Part shown: piece after piece, positions 9,221 to 19,252 of the stretch | Numbering within the stretch: position 1 is the stretch's first letter | Layout: each line of letters starts with the position of its first letter | Program-made: the position numbers and the translations under genes | The notes under the pieces: model-generated | Databases searched by the model: none | What the model saw: the letters and a program-made list of their open reading frames with translations, nothing else | Told to the model about the DNA's origin: nothing | Source of the DNA: Verrucomicrobiota bacterium | Lineage (GTDB): Bacteria > Verrucomicrobiota > Verrucomicrobiia > Chthoniobacterales > UBA6821 | NCBI GenBank assembly: GCA_008932965.1 | Contig: WBXG01000003.1 | Coordinates: 1-32,000, forward strand | DNA: 32,000 bases | Direction of reading: 5' to 3'

Positions 9221-9985
9221 TTGATCATGAAACATGATTTTAATGAAAGATGTGATTCATCATCTCAAACGTACCAATATTATCATTGTTGCAGTTTTCT
9301 AGCTCGACTTTTGTTTCGAGTTTTTTGTCGAGTGCATCTCGTGATCCTTGAAACCCCTCCCAAAGAGGGTCCTTCTATCATCGCTTCCAATCATATCAGT
9401 CATTTTGAGCCAGCACTATTAGGTGGTTTTTTTCCTCGAGCACTCGATTGGGTTGCCATGGAAGAATTATTTCAACATCCACTAGGCAGATGGTTATTGA
9501 AACATCTTCATGTTATTAGCATGGATCGCTTCGGAAAAAATTTCGCACACAATCGTCACTCGCTTCGCTCTATTTTGCAGAGGCTGCGTCTTGGACGGGC
9601 TGTTGGTATTTTTCCAGAAGGTGGAATTCGTTCCGGAGAGGAATCGATTTTAGAAAAGGCCCCTATGAAACCTGGACTCACAATGCTAAGTTTCTTTTCT
9701 CAAGCCCCTGTTATTCCCTGTGTTGTTTTGGGAACGGATCGACTTTATCTTTTTAAAAATTGGCTCCGTCGTCCTCCTATTTGGATTATCATTGGAAAAG
9801 CCATGAGACCTCCCCCCAAAGAGGAGAGAAACAACGCACAAGCACGCCTCAATTTTGAAGAAAAATTAAATTCTGTTTTTCCAGCGTTACAAAAAGAGCT
9901 GTACGAACGTTTTCAATTAACTCCTGAGGACCTTCCAAAAACAGCAGCAGAAAGAAGAGGAACCAGTATAAAATATCCGGGTTAA
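9221..9985 (+). CDS. plsC: 1-acyl-sn-glycerol-3-phosphate acyltransferase-like (LPLAT/PlsC family)
   Basis: 254-aa ORF with SNHISHFEP (an HX4D-type motif, here with Glu in place of Asp) and GIFPEGGIRSG. The track start 9221 is TTG; the ATG at 9227 is an alternative start. The last codons and the stop lie inside repeat S3. Confidence 0.75.
   Translation: MIMKHDFNERCDSSSQTYQYYHCCSFLARLLFRVFCRVHLVILETPPKEGPSIIASNHISHFEPALLGGFFPRALDWVAMEELFQHPLGRWLLKHLHVISMDRFGKNFAHNRHSLRSILQRLRLGRAVGIFPEGGIRSGEESILEKAPMKPGLTMLSFFSQAPVIPCVVLGTDRLYLFKNWLRRPPIWIIIGKAMRPPPKEERNNAQARLNFEEKLNSVFPALQKELYERFQLTPEDLPKTAAERRGTSIKYPG
9965..9985 (-). repeat. Solo copy (S3) of the end motif overlapping the 3' end of the plsC-like gene
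   Basis: The plus strand reads AGTATAAAATATCCGGGTTAA. Its reverse complement is TTAACCCGGATATTTTATACT. The TTAA supplies the TAA stop codon. Confidence 0.65.
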
Positions 9986-9992
9986 GGAAAAA

Positions 9993-10967
9993 ATGACTGT
10001 TCCAAAACAATCACACTTGAGAGGTCTTCAGTACCACATCATGGATTCCATCATGTATGGAATGATGAACTATGTACAATGGCAGCTACGCCATGAAGTC
10101 TCTTCTCATGAGGCTCTAGAGACCTATTTAAAAGAGTGTGCCTCCTGGGACCGTGCTTCTTATTTTTCAGCTCCTCCTATGAAAACATATGAGATGGACA
10201 ATAATATTCTCTCTTGGGAAAGCCCTATCTCCTCTTCTTTCGTAGAGAACAATTGTGTTCGGGTGCTTTTTTTTCCTGCCTCTAAAAAAAAGAGTGATCA
10301 CCATCCCACCCTTATCATTCTACATGCACTCATGTCAGCAAGTGATCATGGCTATCGGCGTATTGCAGCTCAGATGAATCAACGTGGTTGGAATGTTCTT
10401 TTTCCGCATCTCCCATTTCACTATTCACGAAGACCACGAGGCCATACGAATGGAGCTCTAACAATTACCACCGATTTGATCCGTAACGCTGAAACAGTGC
10501 GTCAAGCTATTCAAGAAATACGACAGTTAATGCTCTGGTTGCGTATGCAAGGTTCAGAACGGATAGGAATTCTAGCAACGAGCTATGGCGGTTGGCTTGC
10601 CTCACTCTTACTCTCGTTAGAACATGTCGACTTTGCCATTCTCTTGCAGCCTATCATTGATTTGAATGTAGCACTCTTTCACAGCCCCCTTGCACGTATG
10701 ATGGGATCTTCTTTAAGAGCGCACGGAGTGACTCCTGCACATCTTGACCGTCATGCACATCTTACAGGGCCAGCACACGAACAACCACTGACTCCATCAG
10801 AACGAATTGTCGTTATTGGCGGTACCTACGATTGCATTGCACCTCCTAAGCAGCTCCAACATTTTTCCTCAAATTGGAATGTTCACTATGAAGAGGTCGC
10901 ACAAGGACATTTTGGATATAAAGCGATGAAAAAAGCCATTCTCATCCTGCAAGAAATGTCCCACTAG
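9993..10967 (+). CDS. Alpha/beta-fold serine hydrolase, substrate unknown
   Basis: 324-aa ORF with nucleophile elbow ATSYGGW and downstream Asp (GGTYDCIAP) and His (AQGHFGY) candidates for a Ser-Asp-His triad. Starts 7 nt after the plsC-like stop. Confidence 0.7.
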   Translation: MTVPKQSHLRGLQYHIMDSIMYGMMNYVQWQLRHEVSSHEALETYLKECASWDRASYFSAPPMKTYEMDNNILSWESPISSSFVENNCVRVLFFPASKKKSDHHPTLIILHALMSASDHGYRRIAAQMNQRGWNVLFPHLPFHYSRRPRGHTNGALTITTDLIRNAETVRQAIQEIRQLMLWLRMQGSERIGILATSYGGWLASLLLSLEHVDFAILLQPIIDLNVALFHSPLARMMGSSLRAHGVTPAHLDRHAHLTGPAHEQPLTPSERIVVIGGTYDCIAPPKQLQHFSSNWNVHYEEVAQGHFGYKAMKKAILILQEMSH

Positions 10968-11027
10968 AAAAGAAGAGATATTTTTTCTTCTTCGTCTTGG
11001 AAGTAAAATACTCTAGAGTAAAAAAAT

Positions 11028-12884
11028 ATGACTGACGAACTTACTCAATGCATCGCTGCTGGAAAAATTAGCCCTCCTGACGCCGAAAAACTCCAATCTC
11101 TTTCTCCAGGATCTTACTGCAAACATCGCAGCTGGGGATTTGGACGTGTCAACGCATGGCATCTTTTAACAGATCAAGTCATCATCGATTTTGTCGGGAA
11201 AAAAAATCACCCGATGCAATTACATTATGCAGCAGAAACATTGATTCCTATTCCTGATAACCATATCTTGGCACGACTAGAAAATGACCCTACTGCGATT
11301 CAAGAAGAGGCCAAGAAAGACCCTGTAGGACTCGTTCGAATGATCTTAGCAGATCATGGCGGAGCTGCCACCATGGATGAAATTTCAGAAATCCTAGTGC
11401 CTGTTATTTTTGATGCTGCTGGATTCAAAAAATGGTTTGATACCACGAAGAAAAAACTAAAAGCAGATGGTCACTTTGAAATACCAACAAAGAAAAATAT
11501 TCCGATCAAATTACAGGAGGTCAAGGTTGAGCAGCATCATCGGACCCTAGAACAATTCCACACAGCTCGCCATCCTAAGGAACAAGTTACAGCTATTGAT
11601 GCTCTCATTAAAACACTGGATGCTTCCACACTGAGTCTGGAAGAACTTCAAATAGTCATTCGTCATCTAGATGATGCTGCACGCCGAGCAGAACGCTTGC
11701 ATATTTCCAAGGGACTTGAACTTTTATTAGCACGCAATGAAATTGCCAGCTTTCACAAAGAATTAGAGCCTGCCTCCATTCAACCCTCAATCACTGAGTT
11801 TTTAGCCAATACTGTAAAAAAACTGCACGATATCTTTTCAGAACTTCCTGCTTCAAAATACCGACGTATTCTTAAAAATTTCCCAACAGTGTTTCCTCAG
11901 AAATGGCAGGATCAGGCAACACAACTCTTGCGCCATGCAGAACCGCGACTTGTAAGTGAGATATTACTTCTTTTTAAAGAAAATAATAGTGAGGCTGCCT
12001 TTGCCTCCATCCTGGGACGGATGATCCAAGATCGCTCCGCTAGCTCGGATCTTCTCTCTTGGATCTGCGAGGAGAGGAAAAAAACCTTCCCTGAATTTAT
12101 CAATAGTGAGCTTCTCTCAGCTATTATCTCCTCCCTAGAACGGGATATGCATCTGGAGGGAAAAAAAGGGAATCGCTTACAAGAGCTTCTTTTTACTGAT
12201 CGAGAACTCATTGCAGATCTTCTATCATCAGCACATGATGACATAGCACGAAACATCATTAGAAAAATTATGATGAGTCCTGTCTTTAATGATCTTGACC
12301 GTCGCTCCCTTTTAGCACGTATTTTAAAAACTCACCCTGAGCTTCAATCGCTGGTAACAGGGCATCAAGAAAAAGAACATTCCGCTGCTCGTGATGAAAA
12401 TCTTATTGTTTCTTGGAAAAGCTTAGAACGACGCAAGAACGAGTATGAAAATCTCGTTAACAAATTAATTCCACAAAACACAAAAGATATTTCTATTGCT
12501 CGTTCCTACGGAGATTTGCGTGAAAATTTTGAATTTAAATCTGCCAAAGAACAACAAACAGTCCTACTTCGTCAAAAAGGGGAGCTAGAACTACTACTAA
12601 ATCGAGCTCGTGGAACGAATTTCGAAAATCCTGATACTTCTGTTGTTTCCATTGGAACCGTTATTTCCCTACAAGATAAAGTTACCGGAGAAAAAGAGAG
12701 CTACTCTATCTTAGGAGCTTGGGATGGAGCACCAGAAAAACGCTGGGTCTCCTATCAAGCAGTCATTGGACAAGCTTTGCTGGGTCATGCTCAAGGCGAT
12801 GTAGTCACCCTCCCTGCAGAAAAAGGAGACCGGTCGATGATCATTGAAAAAATTGAACCTTTTACTGAGAGCATCGAGAGTTAG
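11028..12884 (+). CDS. Long GreA-family transcript-cleavage factor homologue: ~455-aa N-terminal extension plus a complete GreA-like module
   Basis: The C-terminal ~160 aa contain the coiled-coil tip SYGDLRENFEFKSAKEQQ (acidic D/E pair conserved) and a GreA C-domain-like stretch VSIGTVISLQD...VSYQAVIGQALLGHAQGDVV. I did not recognise the N-terminal 450 aa. Confidence 0.7.
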   Translation: MTDELTQCIAAGKISPPDAEKLQSLSPGSYCKHRSWGFGRVNAWHLLTDQVIIDFVGKKNHPMQLHYAAETLIPIPDNHILARLENDPTAIQEEAKKDPVGLVRMILADHGGAATMDEISEILVPVIFDAAGFKKWFDTTKKKLKADGHFEIPTKKNIPIKLQEVKVEQHHRTLEQFHTARHPKEQVTAIDALIKTLDASTLSLEELQIVIRHLDDAARRAERLHISKGLELLLARNEIASFHKELEPASIQPSITEFLANTVKKLHDIFSELPASKYRRILKNFPTVFPQKWQDQATQLLRHAEPRLVSEILLLFKENNSEAAFASILGRMIQDRSASSDLLSWICEERKKTFPEFINSELLSAIISSLERDMHLEGKKGNRLQELLFTDRELIADLLSSAHDDIARNIIRKIMMSPVFNDLDRRSLLARILKTHPELQSLVTGHQEKEHSAARDENLIVSWKSLERRKNEYENLVNKLIPQNTKDISIARSYGDLRENFEFKSAKEQQTVLLRQKGELELLLNRARGTNFENPDTSVVSIGTVISLQDKVTGEKESYSILGAWDGAPEKRWVSYQAVIGQALLGHAQGDVVTLPAEKGDRSMIIEKIEPFTESIES

Positions 12885-12928
12885 AAATAGAAAGAGCCTC
12901 CTTAGTAAATTGTAGATTCATAGAAAAT

Positions 12929-12966
12929 GGGCAGCAGCCCCTCTTCGTATCGTTGCTGATCTGCCC
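12929..12966 (+). terminator. Candidate stem-loop downstream of the GreA-like gene and upstream of eno
   Basis: GGGCAG-CAGC (12929-12938) pairs with GCTG-(AT bulge)-CTGCCC (12955-12966), 10 bp in total with a 16-nt loop. It is followed by TTCATT...TTTTTATTT, so the T tract is imperfect. Confidence 0.35.
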
Positions 12967-13010
12967 TTCATTGTGACGATTTTTATTTGGAGCCCCACAT
13001 TTTTCTGTAA

Positions 13011-14330
<1,320 letters not shown>

Positions 14331-14472
14331 AATGTATCATCTCAAAGAGAGCTTGGATCCTACGAGATGTGCTGCCAAGGAAGAGCAAAACAAATAAAAA
14401 GCCACTCTCCTAAAGTCTTATTTCAAGCTCCTTTTTTTGCGATAGCCCCATGTGGGGTAGTGATTACAAGTT

Positions 14473-14841
14473 TTGACGAACATCATGCACCGATCTCGTA
14501 CTCATCAAAGTACCTCCAGGCGAGAGAAACAGACGACGCTTCTTCCAATAATTAACCGTCTGTTGCTCATGCTCATATTTTTGGGTGTTTTGGCACTTGT
14601 GCTCATGGCTTTTTATCCAGAATGGAAAAAACTCTCGCAAATGCGCCACACATTACAAAAAGATCGTAATGAATTAACAAAATTACAAAAAGAGACGACC
14701 CATCGAGAAAGGGAGCTCTATTTACTTCAACACGACAAGGAATACCTAGAACTCATTGCTCGAGATCGACTCGACCTCATGAAGCCCAACGAAACAATCT
14801 TTCGTTTTAGCCCGCCTCGAGGAGAATCAAAAACAAAGTAA
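14473..14841 (+). CDS. ftsB: Septum formation initiator (FtsB/DivIC family)
   Basis: One N-terminal TM helix (LLLMLIFLGVLALVLMAFY), then a coiled coil and the ELIARDRLDLMKPNETIF motif typical of FtsB/DivIC. Position after eno is common. The track start is TTG; the ATG at 14485 is more likely. Confidence 0.8.
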   Translation: MTNIMHRSRTHQSTSRREKQTTLLPIINRLLLMLIFLGVLALVLMAFYPEWKKLSQMRHTLQKDRNELTKLQKETTHRERELYLLQHDKEYLELIARDRLDLMKPNETIFRFSPPRGESKTK

Positions 14842-14846
14842 TCTAG

Positions 14847-14864
14847 TCCGCATATTTCATACTA
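14847..14864 (+). repeat. Solo copy (S4) of the end motif: TCCGCATATTTCATACTA
   Basis: Matches the TIR core. Begins 6 nt after the ftsB stop. Confidence 0.65.
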
Positions 14865-14944
14865 ATGTGTCGTGCACTCAGCTTCATCACTCATTCCCGT
14901 TTAGGATGCTTGTAAAATAAGGTGAGAGCATTTATTTTTCTATC

Positions 14945-15526
14945 ATGTTGAGGAATGCTTTTAATTCTATAGAACCATTTGCGTTCAAAGAATGGGCTCT
15001 CGTTTGTGAAGCGCTTGGTTCTGGAGATCAAAGTCTTTTACTACGCAAGGGAGGAATCGCTGAGGGAAAAGAGGGATTTGGTTTTAAGCACTCCGAATTT
15101 TTTCTCTTTCCGACATGGTTTCATGGACAAATTGAAAAGATACGTCCCCTGCGTGCCTCTGCAATTTTAGAGGAAGCTCCCGAAGTTTTCAATTTGGAGT
15201 ATATGGCTTCAATAGAGTGGAATGATTTTATCACCGATCGCAAGAAGCTAACTCGTCTCGCCTCTTTTCATATTCTTGAGGAGTCGGTCATTGAAGAGCG
15301 CTTTGGTTATACCGAAAAACATCAGAAAAATATTCCTGGGATTCATGTGGCTTTTGTTCGTGTCTATCGCCTTGATATTCCATTTCAAATCACCATGGAG
15401 AAACGTTTTGGGGGATGTCGCTCTTGGATTCAACTTCCTAAAATGATCGTTGGCACCTCCGTTTCTGTTTTAAGTGACGAGGAACATAGCGAGCGCCGCA
15501 ATTTTTTGGCACAGGCACTAGCCTAA
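14945..15526 (+). CDS. Conserved hypothetical protein (resembles DUF1802 family from memory)
   Basis: 193-aa ORF. The N-terminus FKEWALVCEALGSGDQSLLLRKGGIAE...FFLFPTWFH resembles what I recall of DUF1802 proteins. No catalytic motif recognised. Flanked on both sides by repeat motifs S4 and S5. Confidence 0.6.
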   Translation: MLRNAFNSIEPFAFKEWALVCEALGSGDQSLLLRKGGIAEGKEGFGFKHSEFFLFPTWFHGQIEKIRPLRASAILEEAPEVFNLEYMASIEWNDFITDRKKLTRLASFHILEESVIEERFGYTEKHQKNIPGIHVAFVRVYRLDIPFQITMEKRFGGCRSWIQLPKMIVGTSVSVLSDEEHSERRNFLAQALA

Positions 15527-15597
15527 ATATTTCATACCGAACACCTGCCTTGCCCGGATATTTCATACTGATCGTTATAAGGAGTATGAAACATTCG
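15525..15597 (+). repeat. Composite degenerate copy (S5): truncated left end plus a mini hairpin version of the element
   Basis: AAATATTTCATACCGA-ACACCTG equals the copy A left end with the 18 nt TTCTGCTGCGGCTTGCGA deleted. It is followed by CCCGGATATTTCATACTGA-TCGTTATAAGG-AGTATGAAACAT, in which TTTCATACT and AGTATGAAA form a 9-bp inverted repeat. Confidence 0.7.
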
Positions 15598-15661
15598 AGT
15601 TCGAAAAATTTTTTATCACGAAGCTGGATTTTCTGCAGACATCTTTTATGTTCTTAGGTAC

Positions 15662-17272
15662 ATGAAATACATTTTTGTCACAGGTGGGGTTGTTAGCTCT
15701 CTTGGAAAAGGCCTTGCAGCTGCTTCGTTAGGTACATTGCTAGAACGTCGAGGACAACGTGTTTCGTTACAGAAGCTTGATCCTTACCTCAACGTCGATC
15801 CTGGGACAATGAATCCGCTCCAGCATGGAGAGGTCTATGTTCTTGCCGATGGTGCTGAAACTGATCTGGACTTAGGACATTACGAGCGTTTTACCAATGC
15901 GATATTGACTCGCGCCAACAATGTGACGAGTGGTCAGGTCTATGAGACGGTCCTTTCTAAGGAACGGCGTGGAGATTACTTAGGAAAAACAGTTCAGGTG
16001 ATCCCTCATATCACCGATGAAATCAAAGCTCGTATCCGTTTGTTTCAAGAAACGATGAATGCAGATATCCTCATCACAGAAATTGGAGGAACAACGGGAG
16101 ATATTGAAGGGCTGCCTTTCTTGGAAGCGATCCGTCAATTCATTCTTCAAGTCGGTCCTGAGAATGCAATTCTCATGCATGTGACCTTAGTTCCCTTTAT
16201 TAAAGCGGCTGGAGAGCTCAAGACAAAACCCACCCAGCAAAGTGTAGCAAAGCTGCGTGAAATCGGATTACAACCCCAAGTTCTGCTTTGTAGGACAGAG
16301 CGTCCACTCGATCAGGAAGTACGAGAAAAACTCTCCCTTTTCTGTAACGTCCCACTGGATGCAGTCATTGAAGCTCGTGATGTGGAGCACTCCATTTATG
16401 AATACCCCCTCTTACTCCAGCAAGAGGGACTTGATGAAAAGGTGTGTCGCCTTTTTGGAATTCAGAGTCCTCCTGCTGAGATGTCGGCATGGCGCCATTT
16501 AGTCAAGACAATCGTCTATCCTACTCATCATGTAAAAATTGCCATTATCTCCAAATACGAATTACAAGATGCCTATAAGAGTATTTATGAATCATTAACA
16601 CATGCTGGAGGAGCCAATGATTGCGGTATTTCCATTGTGGTCGTGGATGCTGAGGAAATCGAACGCTATGGCCCAGAAAAGTATCTTGCTCATGTCTCTG
16701 GAATTCTTGTTCCAGGTGGCTTTGGAGACCGAGGTACTGAGGGAAAAATCACTGCCACTCGTTATGCACGAGAAAACTCTATTCCGTATCTTGGGCTCTG
16801 CTTAGGAATGCAAATTGCAACCATTGAATTTGCTCGGAATGTTTGTCAGCTTGCCGGGGCTAACAGTACAGAGTTTGATCCCTCCACTCCACACCCTGTG
16901 ATTTGTCTGCTTGAAGAGCAAAAGGAAGTCTCTGAAAAAGGGGGCTCTATGCGTTTAGGAACATGGCCTACCATTTTGAAAGAGGGCTCTGCAGCTCAAC
17001 GTATTTATGGTCGCTATGAAATTGCAGAGCGACATCGGCATCGTTTTGAATTTAATAACACTTATCGTGCATCATTGGAAAAAGAGGGTCTTACGGTTTC
17101 TGGAACCTCATTAGATGGAGACCTTGTTGAAATGATCGAGATTCCTAATCACCCATGGTTCATTGCAGTTCAATTTCACCCAGAATTTCAAAGTAAGCCC
17201 AATGCCCCTCACCCACTCTTTCAGGCTTTTGTGGCCGCATGCATGGTTCATGATGGAGTCCTCAAAAAATAA
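15662..17272 (+). CDS. pyrG: CTP synthase
   Basis: 536-aa ORF with [24 protein letters not shown] (GATase Cys) and [10 protein letters not shown]. Confidence 0.97.
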   Translation: MKYIFVTGGVVSSLGKGLAAASLGTLLERRGQRVSLQKLDPYLNVDPGTMNPLQHGEVYVLADGAETDLDLGHYERFTNAILTRANNVTSGQVYETVLSKERRGDYLGKTVQVIPHITDEIKARIRLFQETMNADILITEIGGTTGDIEGLPFLEAIRQFILQVGPENAILMHVTLVPFIKAAGELKTKPTQQSVAKLREIGLQPQVLLCRTERPLDQEVREKLSLFCNVPLDAVIEARDVEHSIYEYPLLLQQEGLDEKVCRLFGIQSPPAEMSAWRHLVKTIVYPTHHVKIAIISKYELQDAYKSIYESLTHAGGANDCGISIVVVDAEEIERYGPEKYLAHVSGILVPGGFGDRGTEGKITATRYARENSIPYLGLCLGMQIATIEFARNVCQLAGANSTEFDPSTPHPVICLLEEQKEVSEKGGSMRLGTWPTILKEGSAAQRIYGRYEIAERHRHRFEFNNTYRASLEKEGLTVSGTSLDGDLVEMIEIPNHPWFIAVQFHPEFQSKPNAPHPLFQAFVAACMVHDGVLKK

Positions 17273-17314
17273 ATAACATCTTACTGCAGCCACGCTCTAT
17301 CTTTAATATCCTTC

Positions 17315-19252
17315 ATGTCTGAATTAACTCCTCCTCCATTTGATAACGTGCTAGAACCTGCAGCCGATTGCACCTCCTCCTATAATATCCATCAATGGTC
17401 TGAAGGCTACGCCAAGATCAATGAGCAAGGTCACGTTGCAATTCTCCCAACACGTGAAGAGGATAAAGCCATCGATCTAATGGCACTTGTTGCAGAGGGA
17501 AAAGAACGTGGATTGCGCGCTCCCCTTTTAATTCGTTTTCAAGATCTCTTGCGTGATCGTGTGCGTCGACTTAATGAATCTTTTGAAAGCTCTATTCAAG
17601 AGGCTGGATACAAAAATGTTTATCGTGGAGTTTTTCCAATCAAGGTGAATCAGCTTCATGAAGTTGTGGAGGAAATTGTAGATGCTGGAAAAAAATACCA
17701 CTTTGGTTTGGAGGCTGGAAGTAAGCCTGAAATGATCGCTGCCCTCTCTGTGCATGATGATCCAGAGAGTTTGATCATCGGAAATGGCTATAAGGATTTC
17801 GAATTGATTCGTGCAGCTTTATTAGGAGTGAAGCTTGGAAAAAAAGTGATTTTAGTTGTCGAAAAACTCGAAGAGCTTCATCAGATTTTAGCACTTGGAA
17901 AACAGATGGGAGTGACCCCTCTTATTGGAGCCAGAGCTCGCCTCCTTTCCAAAGGTGCTGGAAAATGGGCTACAAGCGGTGGAGAAAATGCTAAATTTGG
18001 ACTTGATACTGCAGAGCTTGTGGAGATGAGTGATATTCTCCATGCTGCTGGTATTCCTGAGGCACTCAAGATGCTCCATTATCATGTAGGATCTCAAGTC
18101 CCAGATATTAGCACAATTAACCGAGCAACCTGCGAAGCCACTCGCTTTTATGCCAAACTTTATCAAATGGGACATCACCTTGAATATCTCGATGTCGGTG
18201 GTGGTCTCGCCATTGATTATGATGGGTCACGAACTTCATTTGATAGCTCTGCTAATTACTCGGTTCACGAATATACAAGGGCTCTTGTTTATAATATCAT
18301 GGAGGTCTGCGATTCAGAGAAGGTTCCTCATCCCATTTTAGTAAGTGAAAGTGGACGATATATCGCAGCACCTCACTCCGTCTTAATTGTAGAGGCTTTT
18401 GGAGCTATTGAAAAAGATCATGCCTCTGCTTCTGTGATTGCCGCACCTTCAGATCATAAGCTTGTGAGTGAAATGTTGGAAATTAGAAATACCCTCAACA
18501 AAAAAAGACGGCAGGAACACCTCCACGAAGCCCAACAGATCCGAGATCAAGGACAATCGATGTTTGAGCTAGGATTACTTGATCTTCGCTCCAAAGCCAA
18601 AATCGATGCTCTTTACTGGGAAATTGCTACTCAGGTGGTGCAGCTCTATCAAGGAGTGAAATATATTCCAGAAGAGGTGAAGGAGCTTGAAATCTCACTT
18701 GCAGATCAATTAATTTGTAATTTTTCAGTCTTTCAATCCCTCATTGATCATTGGGCCTTAGGACAACTTTTTCCTATTATGCCGATTCATCGTCTCCATG
18801 AAAAAGCAGAATGCTCAGGAACTTTAGTTGATATCACGTGTGACTCTGATGGAAAAATTGCGAAGTTTATCGATTTTCAAGATGTAAGGCCTACATTGCA
18901 ACTCCATGAACTTCGCCCTAACGAGCCTTACTATTTAGGATTTTTCCTCACTGGAGCTTACCAAGATATTATGGGGGATCATCACAATCTTTTTGGGCGT
19001 GTTCATGAAATGCATGTCTTCTTAGATGAAGATGAAGAAGATGGTTACTACATTGAAGAAGTGATTCCAGGAACAACAGTAGGTAGCGTTTTAACCCATA
19101 CTCAGTGGGATACTAAAGAAATGGTCCGTCGCATTAAAACCCAACTCGATGCTGCTATCAAAAGTGACCGACTGAAGCCTAATGAAGGAATGCGTTTACT
19201 TAGCGAATACGAGCGAACATTATCTTCTTACACCTACTTGAATTTTTCCTAA
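17315..19252 (+). CDS. speA: Biosynthetic arginine decarboxylase (PLP-dependent, SpeA type)
   Basis: 645-aa ORF with FPIKVNQ (PLP lysine), LDVGGGLAIDYDG and SESGRYIAAPH. Length and layout are typical of SpeA. Confidence 0.9.
   Translation: MSELTPPPFDNVLEPAADCTSSYNIHQWSEGYAKINEQGHVAILPTREEDKAIDLMALVAEGKERGLRAPLLIRFQDLLRDRVRRLNESFESSIQEAGYKNVYRGVFPIKVNQLHEVVEEIVDAGKKYHFGLEAGSKPEMIAALSVHDDPESLIIGNGYKDFELIRAALLGVKLGKKVILVVEKLEELHQILALGKQMGVTPLIGARARLLSKGAGKWATSGGENAKFGLDTAELVEMSDILHAAGIPEALKMLHYHVGSQVPDISTINRATCEATRFYAKLYQMGHHLEYLDVGGGLAIDYDGSRTSFDSSANYSVHEYTRALVYNIMEVCDSEKVPHPILVSESGRYIAAPHSVLIVEAFGAIEKDHASASVIAAPSDHKLVSEMLEIRNTLNKKRRQEHLHEAQQIRDQGQSMFELGLLDLRSKAKIDALYWEIATQVVQLYQGVKYIPEEVKELEISLADQLICNFSVFQSLIDHWALGQLFPIMPIHRLHEKAECSGTLVDITCDSDGKIAKFIDFQDVRPTLQLHELRPNEPYYLGFFLTGAYQDIMGDHHNLFGRVHEMHVFLDEDEEDGYYIEEVIPGTTVGSVLTHTQWDTKEMVRRIKTQLDAAIKSDRLKPNEGMRLLSEYERTLSSYTYLNFS

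Noticed and set aside
19200-19252. Looked for a glycine riboswitch upstream of gcvT
   Set aside because: There is no intergenic space because gcvT starts on the last base of the speA stop codon. The upstream sequence is speA coding.
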